Positions 31,869 to 42,430 of a stretch of 64,000 bases of DNA are shown piece by piece (within the stretch, counting starts at the first letter, position 1; each line of letters opens with the position of its first letter). This stretch comes from Thermodesulfobacteriota bacterium (lineage in GTDB: Bacteria; Desulfobacterota; Desulfobulbia; Desulfobulbales; SURF-16). A program made the position numbers and the translations under genes. The notes beneath the pieces are model-generated. The model saw only the letters and a list, made by a program, of their open reading frames with translations. It was not told where the DNA came from and did no database searches. Location: positions 63,476 through 127,475 of the forward strand of contig JBMONN010000037.1 in NCBI GenBank assembly GCA_049323935.1, read 5' to 3'.

Positions 31869-34800
31869 ATGAATACGACGAAATCATCACCACACTGGAA
31901 AAGATTCGAGTTTGACGGTCACGCCATCTATGTTGCCCCCGACATTCCGGACTGGTTTGTCGCCGATGGCCAAACCGACTCCTTCCTCTCCAATCAGACC
32001 CGACCAGGGGAAATGGAGACACTGCACCTGGCCCGCCTCCGCGCCCTTACAGAAAGGGAGCCGCCCCCGCCATACGCCGGCCGCGGCCAGGTGCTCTCAC
32101 TCAGCCGCCTGAAAGAATGCTGGTTCCATCTTACCGACGCCTGCAATCTGGCCTGCCGCCACTGCCTGTTCAGCGCCTCTCCGGCCTCGCCGGCTGCCCT
32201 GCCCGAGGCCGATCTGCGCCGCGCCATGGCAGAGGCGCGGGAGCTGGGCTGCACCATCTTTTATTTTACCGGCGGTGAGCCCTTTATCTACCCGAACTTT
32301 TCCGATGTCCTCCGTGACCTGCTGGCTGCGGATCCGCACTGCCATACGGTGGTGCTGACCAATGGCCTGCTTCTGCGGGAGCAGGGGGCATTTTTTACCA
32401 GTGCCGACCGGGAGCGGCTTCATCTGCAGATCAGTCTCGACGGACTGGAAGACAACCACGAACGCCTGCGCGGCACCGGCACCTTTGCTAGACTGCTCGA
32501 CAACCTCGCCTTTCTCCGGGACCATCACATCCGCCCCACTCTATCGGTGGCGGTCAACCGGCACAACGTGGCGGCACTCTCCGCCATCGTTTCCCTTGCC
32601 GGAGACATGGAGGTCGGCAATCTCCACCTGCTCTGGCACTTTGTCCGGGGCAAGGGCAGCAGCAACCAGTTCGTGCCGCCGAGTGAAATCTGGACCCATC
32701 TGCGACCGGCCCTGGAACTCGCCGATCACCTGGGCATTATGATAGATAACGTCGAGGCACTGAAAAGCCAGGTATTCTCCTCCCCCGGCACCCGCTTTGA
32801 CCTCAGCAACAGCGGCTGGGACTCCCTGGCCATCGGTCCGGACGGGGCAATCTATCCTTCGCCGGCCTTAGTGGGGATTGCTGAGCTTCGTTGCGGTGTT
32901 CTCACCGAAGGACTCGAACGGGTGTGGCGCACGAGCCCGGTACTCGCAGACCTCCGCCAGACAACCCTTGTCGGTTCCGCCTACGAGGAAAATCCCCTGC
33001 GTTTTCTCATCGGCGGCGGCGATATCGACCACAGCTACTTACGCGGCGGCTCCTTCACCGGCCATGATCCCTATGTCGAGCTTTACAATCGCATGGCCCT
33101 CTGGCTTATTGCCCGCCAGGCCGGCCGCTATTCGGCCCAGACAGAGGGATCGATCCTGCTGCGCATGGGCGATGTCCGTCATGACTGCCCGGAGGGAGGC
33201 GCGGTAGCCCTGACCCACTGCAACTGCGTTATCTCCCTCGGTGACGACCGGGGCCATGCCACGGTACGGGAATTTTACGGACGGGCCGCCCAGGAGGCCA
33301 ATGCGGAAATCGTCAACCCCTTTGCCGACCGCCAGCAGGAGGCGGATTTCATTCCGGCGGTGTCCCGCCAGCGCTCATACGGCTGCGGCAGCCCGGTCCA
33401 GGACGCCTTCCTCTCCCAGGGTGAAACCCTGGTTGATCTTGGCAGCGGCAGCGGGGTCGAGTGCTTTCAGGGCGCGGCAATGGTGGGCTCCGCCGGCAGG
33501 GTCTACGGCATCGACATGACCGACGCCATGCTGACCCTGGCCCGCTCTTCCCAACGCGAAGTGGCACAACGTCTCGGCTTTGACAACGTCGAGTTTCGCA
33601 AGGGTTTTCTCGAAGAAATCCCCCTGGAGGACAGCATTGCCGATGCGGTGATCTCCAACTGCGTCATCAATCTGAGCCCGGACAAACGCCGCACCCTGCA
33701 CGAGGCCTTCCGTATCCTCCGCCCCGGCGGCAGGCTGGTGGTGGCTGACATCGTCACCGACGAGGCGGTGCCGGCCGCGATCAAAAACGACGAAAAGCTG
33801 CGGGGTGAGTGTCTGGGCGGCGCCATGCGACAGACGGAGCTGCTGGCCATGCTGCGCGCCACCGGCTTTGTTGCGGTGCGCTTGCTCAAACGTTTTCCCT
33901 ATCGCAGCATCGGGAACACCCGTTTTTATTCACTTACCTTCCTTGCCTGGAAGCCGGCCGCGCCCGAGACGGCGCAGGTCATCTACCGCGGCCCGTTTGC
34001 CGGCGTCTTCACGGAGAGCGGCAGACTGCTGCTCAAAGGGGAAAAAACCAAGATCGCAGCGGCTGATCTGGCCGGACTTGACGAATCGGTCTTTATACTG
34101 AACCAGGAGGGCGCGGTGATCAATATCGACCAGGGCGGGGGCTGCTGCGGTCTGCCGCCGGAGAGCAGCCCCGCCCTCTCCTGCTGTTCCTCGCCAGCGG
34201 CAAGCGATCGGCGCCAGCACAGCGACTGCATGGTCTGCGGCAGCGAGTTGCGCTACTTCACCCGGGACCGGGCCGAAACCTGCCATTATTGCGGAGAGGA
34301 GAAAGAGGCGAACGCCGTCTGCCTGCACGGCCATTTCGTCTGCGATAACTGTCACCAGGACAAGGGCCTGGCGGTTATCAAAAAGATCTGCACCGAATCA
34401 GCGGTGGAGGACATGATCATCCTGCTGAAGAAGATCAGATCGCAGTCCGCAATCTCCATGCATGGACCGGAGCACCATGCCATCATCCCCGGCGTCATCC
34501 TCTCCGCCTACCGGGCCCGGGGCGGCAAGGCCGGGAAAAAAGACATCCTGGCCGCCATCGAGCGCGGCAGTCGGGTGCCGGGCGGCGTCTGCGGTTTCTG
34601 GGGCGGTTGTGGCGCCGCCCTCGGTGTGGGGATCGCCTTTTCCGTTATTCTCGAGGCGACCCCGCTCACCCCGGGCAAACGGCAACAGGCCCAGCAGGCC
34701 ACGGCCCAGGTTTTGGCAAAAATGGCCGCAATCCGGGCCGGTCGCTGCTGCCAGCGGGAAAGCGTCATCGCCCTGCAGGAGGCTGCCAGCCTCTCCCCTG

Positions 34801-34949
34801 ACCTGTTGCCGGTGACACTGGTTGCCGCAGATACTCTTCACTGCAACCAGTACCCGCGCAATCGCGAGTGTATCCGCAAGGCCTGCCTGCTCTGGGACAG
34901 CCGTGATCGGGGCGCGGAGACAGGGCTGCCGGTCGCCCTGGTGATCTGA
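31869..34949 (+). CDS. Three-part fusion protein: radical-SAM domain, ArsM-like SAM-dependent (arsenite-type) methyltransferase domain and a Cys-rich C-terminal domain (DUF5714-like?)
   Basis: CNLACRHC at nt 32142-32165. MTase motif I VDLGSGSG (33432-33455), with cysteines in YGCG, SNCVINL and GECLGGA contexts. C-terminal CxxC...CxxC, GPEHH and CGFWGGCGAALG. Start set at MNTTKSS (ATG 31869); the track ORF begins at 31800. Confidence 0.8.
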   Translation: MNTTKSSPHWKRFEFDGHAIYVAPDIPDWFVADGQTDSFLSNQTRPGEMETLHLARLRALTEREPPPPYAGRGQVLSLSRLKECWFHLTDACNLACRHCLFSASPASPAALPEADLRRAMAEARELGCTIFYFTGGEPFIYPNFSDVLRDLLAADPHCHTVVLTNGLLLREQGAFFTSADRERLHLQISLDGLEDNHERLRGTGTFARLLDNLAFLRDHHIRPTLSVAVNRHNVAALSAIVSLAGDMEVGNLHLLWHFVRGKGSSNQFVPPSEIWTHLRPALELADHLGIMIDNVEALKSQVFSSPGTRFDLSNSGWDSLAIGPDGAIYPSPALVGIAELRCGVLTEGLERVWRTSPVLADLRQTTLVGSAYEENPLRFLIGGGDIDHSYLRGGSFTGHDPYVELYNRMALWLIARQAGRYSAQTEGSILLRMGDVRHDCPEGGAVALTHCNCVISLGDDRGHATVREFYGRAAQEANAEIVNPFADRQQEADFIPAVSRQRSYGCGSPVQDAFLSQGETLVDLGSGSGVECFQGAAMVGSAGRVYGIDMTDAMLTLARSSQREVAQRLGFDNVEFRKGFLEEIPLEDSIADAVISNCVINLSPDKRRTLHEAFRILRPGGRLVVADIVTDEAVPAAIKNDEKLRGECLGGAMRQTELLAMLRATGFVAVRLLKRFPYRSIGNTRFYSLTFLAWKPAAPETAQVIYRGPFAGVFTESGRLLLKGEKTKIAAADLAGLDESVFILNQEGAVINIDQGGGCCGLPPESSPALSCCSSPAASDRRQHSDCMVCGSELRYFTRDRAETCHYCGEEKEANAVCLHGHFVCDNCHQDKGLAVIKKICTESAVEDMIILLKKIRSQSAISMHGPEHHAIIPGVILSAYRARGGKAGKKDILAAIERGSRVPGGVCGFWGGCGAALGVGIAFSVILEATPLTPGKRQQAQQATAQVLAKMAAIRAGRCCQRESVIALQEAASLSPDLLPVTLVAADTLHCNQYPRNRECIRKACLLWDSRDRGAETGLPVALVI

Positions 34950-34950
34950 T

Positions 34951-35781
34951 ATGCCGGAACTACCCGAGGTCGAGGTCATCCGCCGAGGCCTGCTCCCCCA
35001 TGTGATCGGCCGCCAGGTGCACACTGTTGCCTGTTCCGGCAAAAACCTGCGACTGCCGCTGCCCGAGGCGGCATTGCAGCAGTGGGTCAGGGGCAATGCG
35101 ATCAGCGATATTCGCCGGCGCGGCAAATTTCTCCTCTTTCTTCTCGCCAACCAGGAGGCCGCCATGATTATCCACCTCGGCATGAGCGGCAAACTGGGGA
35201 TTTTCTCCGCCGCGGCCCCGCCCGGCCTCCATGACCACCTCGTCCTCACCTTTACCGACGGCCGCCAGCTGCGCTACAATGACCCCCGCCGTTTCGGCTG
35301 CATCAGAGTGCTGCCACCCGGCCACCTGGCTGCGGCAGACCCCTTTGCCAAGCTCGGCCGGGAGCCCTTTGCCGACGATTTCAGCGGCCCCTATCTCCAG
35401 GAAAAGGCGAGAGGCCGGCTGCAGCCGGTGAAAAATTTCCTCTTGGACGGTCAGATGGTGGCCGGCATCGGCAACATCTACGCCAACGAGATCCTTTTTG
35501 TCTGCGGCATCCATCCGACCACCCCGGCGGGAGCCCTCTCCGGCCGGCAATGGGAGAGAGTAGCCGCGGCGACCCAAAGCGTCCTCAGTCGCGCCATTGC
35601 CGCCGGTGGCAGCTCAATCAGTGATTTTGTCAACACTTCCGGGCAAAAAGGCTATTTTCAGCTGGAGCTCGCGGTCTACGGTCGGGCTGGCGAGCCGTGC
35701 CCGGGCTGCCATACGGTCATTGCCAAACAGGTGATCGGCGGCAGGAGTACCTTTTTCTGTCCCCGCTGTCAAAAAGGGTAA
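34951..35781 (+). CDS. mutM: Formamidopyrimidine-DNA glycosylase
   Basis: MPELPEVE N-terminus and a C-terminal zinc finger CPGC...CPRC. Confidence 0.95.
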   Translation: MPELPEVEVIRRGLLPHVIGRQVHTVACSGKNLRLPLPEAALQQWVRGNAISDIRRRGKFLLFLLANQEAAMIIHLGMSGKLGIFSAAAPPGLHDHLVLTFTDGRQLRYNDPRRFGCIRVLPPGHLAAADPFAKLGREPFADDFSGPYLQEKARGRLQPVKNFLLDGQMVAGIGNIYANEILFVCGIHPTTPAGALSGRQWERVAAATQSVLSRAIAAGGSSISDFVNTSGQKGYFQLELAVYGRAGEPCPGCHTVIAKQVIGGRSTFFCPRCQKG

Positions 35782-35785
35782 AAAA

Positions 35786-37747
35786 ATGGGTGTTGCCGCC
35801 GATATCGTCATTATCGTAGTTGCCGCCCTGCTCGGTGCACTTCTTGCCCAGGCGCTCAGACAGCCGCTTATTCTCGGCTACATCCTGGCCGGGATCGTCG
35901 TTGGCCCCCACACCGGCGGAGTGACGATCGGCGATATTCATGAAATCGAGCTGCTCGCCGAAATCGGGGTAGCTCTTCTGCTTTTTGCCCTGGGACTGGA
36001 ATTTTCTCTCAGCGAACTCCATTCGGTCCGCAATATCGCGCTGTTCGGCACCCCGGTGCAGATTCTGCTGACCATCGTCTTTGGCTATTTTCTCGGCAGA
36101 TACCTCGGTTGGCCGACGACCAGCGCATTATGGTTCGGCGCCATGATCTCCCTGTCCAGCACCATGGTGACCCTCAAAACCCTGATGAGCAGGGAACTGG
36201 TGGGGACGCTTTCCTGTCGAGTCATGATCGGCATGCTCATTGTCCAGGACCTTGCCGTCATCCCGATGATGATCATCCTGCCGCAGTTGAGCAATCCCGA
36301 AGCAGGTCTGCCCCTCCTCGTCGTGGCAGCGGTCAAGTCCGTTGCCTTTCTGATGGTCATGCTCTATTTTGGCCGCAAGGTGCTGCCATGGCTGCTGGGC
36401 CATGTGGCACGCTGGAACTCACGGGAACTCTTCATTCTCTCCATAACCGCCATCGGGCTCGGGGTCGGCTACGCCACCTACCTGGTCGGGCTTTCCTTTG
36501 CCTTTGGCGCCTTTGTTGCCGGCATGGTGCTCAGCGAATCCGATTATGGTCACCAGGCGCTGAGCGACATCATTCCCCTCCGGGACATCTTCGGCCTGCT
36601 CTTCTTCACCTCGGTGGGGATGCTGCTTGACCCGGTTTTTCTGATCCAGAACTGGGAAAAAATTCTTGCCCTTGTTCTCGTCATCGCCGCCTGCAAAGGT
36701 TCGCTCTTCTCCCTGCTTGCCAGACTTTTCGGCTACATCAATATCGTGCCGATTGCCATTGGCCTCGGCCTCTTTCAGGTCGGCGAATTTGCCTTTGTCC
36801 TCGCCAGAGTGAGCCTCGAAGCAAAAGCGATCACCCCGGACATGTATTCCCTTATCCTTGCGGTATCGGTCCTCAGCATGGTGCTCACGCCATTTGCTTC
36901 CTCGCTGGCAGCACCTCTCTACGCCATCAAAAAACAACTGATCCGCTCCGACGCGCCCCACATGGAAAACATTCCCTTCGCCGGCCTCCAGGACCATGTT
37001 GTCATTGTCGGTGGCGGCCGGGTGGGCCAACACATCGCCCGCATCCTCACCCAGCTCGGCCTTCCCTTTGCCATCATTGAAATGAACCACCAACGGATGC
37101 TGGAGTGCAAAGCGGCAAAATTCCCGGTCATCTTCGGCGACATGAGTCACGAGACGGTCGGCCGGGTGGCAAAAATCGACAGGGCCACCCTGTTGCTCAT
37201 CACAACGCCCTCGGTGACCACGGCCCAGGCCATTGTCCAGCAGGCACTGCGGGTGCGTCCGCAGTTGCATATCATCGCCAGGGCGGACGGCGTCGAGCAG
37301 ATTCGTGCCCTCTATGAAAGCGGGGTCTACATGGCGGTGCTGCCGGAGATGGAGGCCGGTCTGGAAATCGCCCGACAGGCGCTTCTGCACCTTGCCGTTC
37401 CGGTAACCGTCATTCAGCAGTATACCGATGCCGTGCGCCAGCATCTCTATGCCCCCATCTATCAGGTGCAGGATGGCCATGAACTGCTGGCCAAGTTTGA
37501 TAACATAAAAAATATGCTGGAGATTTCCTGGGTCACCGTTCCGCAGGAGAGCCCCCTTGTCAATCAGAGCATCGAAGCGGTGGCCGTGCGCAGCAGAACC
37601 GGGGCATCGATTGTCGCGATCATCCACGACAAAACTTTTCACTCCAACCCGAAAGCGGAGTATGCCTTCCACCCCGGCGACATGGTGGCGGTGGTCGGCA
37701 ACCAGCAGGAACGCAATGCGTTCAAGCGACTGGTTGAAGGGACGTGA
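35786..37747 (+). CDS. CPA2-family monovalent cation:proton antiporter with C-terminal RCK (TrkA-N / TrkA-C) domains, Kef-type
   Basis: 653 aa with about 12 TM helices, then Rossmann [14 protein letters not shown] and a TrkA-C-like tail. Confidence 0.85.
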   Translation: MGVAADIVIIVVAALLGALLAQALRQPLILGYILAGIVVGPHTGGVTIGDIHEIELLAEIGVALLLFALGLEFSLSELHSVRNIALFGTPVQILLTIVFGYFLGRYLGWPTTSALWFGAMISLSSTMVTLKTLMSRELVGTLSCRVMIGMLIVQDLAVIPMMIILPQLSNPEAGLPLLVVAAVKSVAFLMVMLYFGRKVLPWLLGHVARWNSRELFILSITAIGLGVGYATYLVGLSFAFGAFVAGMVLSESDYGHQALSDIIPLRDIFGLLFFTSVGMLLDPVFLIQNWEKILALVLVIAACKGSLFSLLARLFGYINIVPIAIGLGLFQVGEFAFVLARVSLEAKAITPDMYSLILAVSVLSMVLTPFASSLAAPLYAIKKQLIRSDAPHMENIPFAGLQDHVVIVGGGRVGQHIARILTQLGLPFAIIEMNHQRMLECKAAKFPVIFGDMSHETVGRVAKIDRATLLLITTPSVTTAQAIVQQALRVRPQLHIIARADGVEQIRALYESGVYMAVLPEMEAGLEIARQALLHLAVPVTVIQQYTDAVRQHLYAPIYQVQDGHELLAKFDNIKNMLEISWVTVPQESPLVNQSIEAVAVRSRTGASIVAIIHDKTFHSNPKAEYAFHPGDMVAVVGNQQERNAFKRLVEGT

Positions 37748-37770
37748 TGCCTCCCTTTTTTATTTTTTAT
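37737..37770 (+). terminator. Candidate rho-independent terminator of the antiporter gene
   Basis: AAGGGA-cgtgatgcc-TCCCTT followed by TTTTATTTTTTAT. The stem is weak, and the element spans the stop codon and abuts the bioF stop. Confidence 0.4.
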
Positions 37771-38927
37771 GTTTTTTCTGCAAGGATAGAGGCCAGCATC
37801 GCGGCGGTGGCGTTCAGATCTTTTTCCTCGAGGTGGAGTGTAACGGAAAAACGCAGCCGGGCAGTGCCCTCCGGCACGGTGGGTGGACGAACGGCGGTGA
37901 CGAAAACGCCCTGCTGCCGCAACCGAGCGGCAACAGCCACGGTGCGGGCGTTGTCGCCGACCAGCACCGGCATGATCTGAGAGACGCCGATGGGCTCGAT
38001 GGCACGCCTCCTGAGGGCCTGCCGAAAAGCCGTTACCCGGGTGGCGAGGGCAGAGCGCAATTCGGGTTGCTCCCGGACGAGCCGCACCGCGGCAAGAGAA
38101 GCGCCGATCACCGCCGGCGGCAGCGCCGTGGAATAGATGAAACTGCGGGCCCGGTTGACGAGAAAATCAATCATCTCCCGGCTGGCCGCAACATAGGCCC
38201 CGTAGCTGCCCAGCGCCTTGCCGAAGGTGCCCATGGCCAGATCCACCTCGCCGGTCAGCCCCTCTTCCTCAATAATGCCACCGCCATGGGCGCCGTACAC
38301 CCCGGTGGCGTGGGCCTCGTCGATCATCAACAGGCAGCCGTAGCGATTCTTCAGGATGACCAGGTCAGCCAGCGGGCAACGATCGCCATCCATGGAATAG
38401 AGAGATTCGGCGATAATGAGCGCCTCGCCGGAGCCGCGCCGGCTTTGGAGCAGCTCCTCCAGATGCTCCATGTCGTTGTGCCGGAAACGGACGACCCTGG
38501 CCCGGGACAACAGGCAGCCGTCATGGATGCTGGCATGATTGAGCCGGTCGGAAAAGATAACGTCGCTGCGGCCGACCAGGGCCGGGATAATGCCGCAGTT
38601 GGCCTGGTAACCGCTGCCGAAGAGCAGCGCCGCCTCCTGGCCCTTGAGGGCCGCCACCTCCGCTTCCAGCAGATGATGCAGATCAAGGTCGCCGCTCATC
38701 AGCCGGGAGGCGCCGGCGCCGCAGCCGGACCGGTCGAGAAAATCGCGGCTGCCGGCCACCAGTTGCGGGTGAACGCTCAGGCCAAGATAATCATTGGAGG
38801 AAAAATCACGAAGCGGGTCATCGCCTCCGACCAACCGTACCTGACCGTCGGCACCACGCTGCACCGGCGTCAGATCGCGCAGCCTGCCCTGCTCGTGCTG
38901 GGCACGGAGCCAGTTTAGCCGATCCAT
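37767..38927 (-). CDS. bioF: 8-amino-7-oxononanoate synthase
   Basis: 386 aa alpha-oxoamine synthase with NDYLGL and the PLP-lysine context TFGKALG. Adjacent to bioB. Confidence 0.88.
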   Translation of the reverse strand: MDRLNWLRAQHEQGRLRDLTPVQRGADGQVRLVGGDDPLRDFSSNDYLGLSVHPQLVAGSRDFLDRSGCGAGASRLMSGDLDLHHLLEAEVAALKGQEAALLFGSGYQANCGIIPALVGRSDVIFSDRLNHASIHDGCLLSRARVVRFRHNDMEHLEELLQSRRGSGEALIIAESLYSMDGDRCPLADLVILKNRYGCLLMIDEAHATGVYGAHGGGIIEEEGLTGEVDLAMGTFGKALGSYGAYVAASREMIDFLVNRARSFIYSTALPPAVIGASLAAVRLVREQPELRSALATRVTAFRQALRRRAIEPIGVSQIMPVLVGDNARTVAVAARLRQQGVFVTAVRPPTVPEGTARLRFSVTLHLEEKDLNATAAMLASILAEKT

Positions 38928-38928
38928 C

Positions 38929-39849
38929 TCAGACCCAAAGACGGCGAACAGCGTCGATAAAGCGCCGGTCCTGCTCCGGACTGCGGCCGCGCTGGGTGAG
39001 ATAGCCGCCGATCATCATGCCGTCGGCGCCGGCCAGAAAGGCGAGGCCGAGAAAATCGCCCAGGGCCGATTCCCGACCCGCCGCCAGCCTGAGCGGGATA
39101 TCGGGCAGAATGAGACGGAAGAGGGAGATGGTCCGCAGAATGTCCTCCACCGCCAGCGGCGCCGTCTTTTCCAGGGGCGTACCGGGCAGAGGGATAAGGA
39201 TATTGAGCGGCACCGAATCAACCCCCAGTTCGGCCAGGGAAAGGGCCATGGAAACCCGGTCGTCTTCGCTCTCCCCGAGGCCGATGATCCCGCCGGCGCA
39301 GACCTCGAGCCCTGCCTGCTGGGCGGCGCGGATGGTGTTGATCCGGTCGCTGAAACTATGGGTGGTGACAATGTGAGGAAAAAAATCCCGCGATGTTTCC
39401 AGGTTATGGTGATAGCGGGACAGACCGGCCTCCTTCAATCGGCAAAAATCCTCCAGGGTAGCGAGGCCGAGGGAGGCGCAGACTGCGATGTCCACCTGGG
39501 CACGGATCGCGGCGATGATCGCACAGAGCCGCGGCAGCAGATCCGTGGTGACGCCCCGGCCGCTGGTGACGATGGAAAAATGGCTGGCGCCGTCTTCCCT
39601 GGCCTGGTGGGCCGCCGCGACGATTTCCGCCGTGTCTTTGAGGGGATAAACCGGGGTTGCGGTGGGATGACGGGCCGACTGGGTACAGAAGCGGCAGTCC
39701 TCGCTGCAGCGGCCCGATTTGGCATTGATGATGGAACAGAGCGAAACCCTTGTCCCCCGGCGGTCAAGTTTTGCAGCCAGGGCCCGCTCCATCAGCTCCC
39801 GGCAGGAAAGGGCGCGCAGTTCCGCTATGGCGGCTGGAGAAGAGGTCAT
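38929..39849 (-). CDS. bioB: Biotin synthase
   Basis: Radical-SAM motif CSEDCRFCTQS and conserved BioB blocks (YHHNLETS). Confidence 0.93.
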   Translation of the reverse strand: MTSSPAAIAELRALSCRELMERALAAKLDRRGTRVSLCSIINAKSGRCSEDCRFCTQSARHPTATPVYPLKDTAEIVAAAHQAREDGASHFSIVTSGRGVTTDLLPRLCAIIAAIRAQVDIAVCASLGLATLEDFCRLKEAGLSRYHHNLETSRDFFPHIVTTHSFSDRINTIRAAQQAGLEVCAGGIIGLGESEDDRVSMALSLAELGVDSVPLNILIPLPGTPLEKTAPLAVEDILRTISLFRLILPDIPLRLAAGRESALGDFLGLAFLAGADGMMIGGYLTQRGRSPEQDRRFIDAVRRLWV

Positions 39850-41180
39850 CGTTTGCGCAACCCGAAGACCCCTCCGCGGACACCCTTGCGCGCAAATGCC
39901 GGGCCGCGGCCTTTGCGGCGATCAGGCCGTTTATCGACGCGTTCCTTTTTGCGTCCGGGCACGTTGATGGTCAACTCCGCCGCCGGTTCGCCGCCGCAGG
40001 CCTCCCGGTAAAGAAGATAAAACTGGGAATTTTCCTTAAAGTAACTCTTGCGCTTGAGTCGCGCCTGCCACTTTCCTTCCTCATAGCCGGCGGCAAAGAC
40101 GTTGAGCCGGGCCAGCAGAGCGGCGACCTGCTCTTTTACCGCCCGTTTGATATTGAGGTGCCCCAGGCGCTTTTCGAGCTCATCGCGAATTTTCCTGGAC
40201 AGGGAATAAGTCTCGCCGTTCTTCCGCTCGACGCCCATCTCGGGAAAACCCCATTGGGCCCAGGGGATGAGCAGCAGGGCGAGCAGCAGCCCTTCCGGCA
40301 GTTGCTGACCATCATCGCCATGGATGCGATCAATGACTCCGCACAGCCGGCCGAGCAGCTGTCGATGATCCCCGCCTTTATCAGCGAGCACCTCCGCATA
40401 AAAGGGGAAGAGCACGGTAAAGAGACCGCTGTCAACCATGAAATTGAGCCAGGCGGCACTCGCCCCGCCACGAAGGTCTTTGAGCAGTTCGTCACGAATA
40501 CGTGAATCCGGACAGAGCAGCAGCTTGTCCCGGTGCCGAATAATGGCCTGCCAGGTCGCCTCCTCGATGGCAAAGCCGCTGCGGGCTGCGTGGCGGACCG
40601 CCCTGAGCATGCGGGCAGGGTCGCGGATGATCCGCCGGTCCGGGTCACCGACAAAACGGATGATGCGGCGGTCGAGATCCGCCACGCCGCCTGTATAGTC
40701 GATGATTTGTTCGTTGCCGATGTCATAGAACAGGGAGTTGATGGTCAGATCACGACGAAAGGCGTCGTCGGCCTCGTTGCCGAAGGTGTTGTTGGCCGGC
40801 AGGACATCCATCCCGCCCTCGTTATCATACTCGCTGCGGCAGCGAAAGGTTGACACTTCGATAATCTTGTTGTTGTGGAAAAAGACCTGCACCAGCCGGA
40901 AGCGCCTGCCGATGATACGGCTGTTGCGGAAGAGCTGACGGATCTGGCCCGGTCGCGCATCCGTGCTGATGTCAAAGTCCTTGGGCCTTTTGCCGAGATA
41001 GAGATCACGAACGCCGCCGCCGACCAGATAGGCGGCGTGACCGGCCTCATGCAACCGATTGAGCACCTTGAGAGCATCGCGGTCGATGTCGTCGACCGAG
41101 ACGGAGTGATCGTCCCGCTCCACGATGAGCGGAGCCGCTTCTTCGTCCTGGGCGGGCGTTGTTTCTGTACGCTGTTTCAT
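39846..41180 (-). CDS. pcnB: Poly(A) polymerase I-like (tRNA nucleotidyltransferase/poly(A) polymerase family)
   Basis: YLVGGGVRDLYLGKRPKDFDIST and RRDLTINSLFYD, with a basic C-terminal tail. Start set at MKQRTETT (ATG 41180). Confidence 0.78.
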   Translation of the reverse strand: MKQRTETTPAQDEEAAPLIVERDDHSVSVDDIDRDALKVLNRLHEAGHAAYLVGGGVRDLYLGKRPKDFDISTDARPGQIRQLFRNSRIIGRRFRLVQVFFHNNKIIEVSTFRCRSEYDNEGGMDVLPANNTFGNEADDAFRRDLTINSLFYDIGNEQIIDYTGGVADLDRRIIRFVGDPDRRIIRDPARMLRAVRHAARSGFAIEEATWQAIIRHRDKLLLCPDSRIRDELLKDLRGGASAAWLNFMVDSGLFTVLFPFYAEVLADKGGDHRQLLGRLCGVIDRIHGDDGQQLPEGLLLALLLIPWAQWGFPEMGVERKNGETYSLSRKIRDELEKRLGHLNIKRAVKEQVAALLARLNVFAAGYEEGKWQARLKRKSYFKENSQFYLLYREACGGEPAAELTINVPGRKKERVDKRPDRRKGRGPAFARKGVRGGVFGLRKR

Positions 41181-41294
41181 GCTGTTTTGCGTGATGAGGG
41201 CGGGAACGAAACGAAGGGGAGGCGGGCGCAACGCATCACAGCTCCCTGATGGCCGCCGGCGCCAAACACTTCGACCAGCAAGACCGGGGCCTTC

Positions 41295-42260
41295 TCACCC
41301 TTCTTTGTAGATGGATTCTGCCTGGGAGACAAACTGCTCGAAAACCTCTTTTACGGTCAGTATATCCTTCATCTTATAAACATTTTCACCGGTGAAAAAA
41401 AGCCCCTCTTCATAGTCGCCGTCATGTGCCCGCATCAGTCGGTCGCTGATACAATAATGATGATCACATTTTTTCAGACATTTATATCGGCACTCCTTGA
41501 CCTTCGGGGACTCTCCCCGGGCCAGCCGCTGAACAAAAGGGGTGTTGATCGCCCGGCCCGGCAGTCCGACCGGCGAGGTGGTGAGCACGACATCTTCCTT
41601 GCTGGCATTGAGCAGGGTTTGCTTGAAGGTGTCGGAGACGGCGCATTCTTTGGTAAGGACGAACCGGGTGGCGATCTGGACACCGTCGGCGCCGTACTTA
41701 TCCATCATCTCCGCCATTTCATAGCCGTTGGTGATGCCGCCGGCGGCGATAAGCGGCACCTTTTTCACCACCCGGCGGATCTCGGGGAAAAGGTCTCGTA
41801 GGGCGACGTCGGTACCCAGATGACCGCCAGCCTCCTTTGCCTCAACAATGATTGCCGCGGCACCGAGTTTTTCCGCCAGCTTGGCAAAAGCGGCGGAGGA
41901 GACGATACTGACAATGGGTGTGTTGGTGTCCCGGCCGATTTTAAAGATATCCCTGGAGAATCCAGCTCCAGTGATGATCATGTCAACCCCGGCCTCGATG
42001 GAGCCCATTACAAGATTGTAAAAATTCTTCATGGCAAACATGATGTTCACCGCAATGATGCCTTTTGTCATGCTTTTGGCCTTGCGGATGTCTGCCTGCA
42101 GCTCCTCAACCGGCAGGGCGGAGCCGCCGATGGTACCGATACCACCGCACTCGGCCACCGGAGCTGAAAGGGCCGAGGTTGAGACGCGGATCGACATTCC
42201 TCCCTGTATGAGCGGGACGGATGCGGTAAAGGGGCCTATGGTCAGGGGTGGCAGTTTCAT
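41295..42260 (-). CDS. Nitronate monooxygenase / FabK-family FMN oxidoreductase
   Basis: 321 aa TIM-barrel pattern: PLIQGGMS, AGGHLG, PLIAAGGI. Confidence 0.75.
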   Translation of the reverse strand: MKLPPLTIGPFTASVPLIQGGMSIRVSTSALSAPVAECGGIGTIGGSALPVEELQADIRKAKSMTKGIIAVNIMFAMKNFYNLVMGSIEAGVDMIITGAGFSRDIFKIGRDTNTPIVSIVSSAAFAKLAEKLGAAAIIVEAKEAGGHLGTDVALRDLFPEIRRVVKKVPLIAAGGITNGYEMAEMMDKYGADGVQIATRFVLTKECAVSDTFKQTLLNASKEDVVLTTSPVGLPGRAINTPFVQRLARGESPKVKECRYKCLKKCDHHYCISDRLMRAHDGDYEEGLFFTGENVYKMKDILTVKEVFEQFVSQAESIYKEG

Positions 42261-42430
42261 GAGTGTCGTTTATTATCGTCAAACCGGATAAAAAAAAAGC
42301 AGCCGATGGAAAACATATGCGACTATGCCCCTCTTGCCACCGTTTGTCAAGAAGAAGGGTTGTGAATGCTTGTCTAAAGTGGTATTTTGAAAATTTCTTG
42401 ATTCTCGTGCCATCATCGCGGGTCGACATA

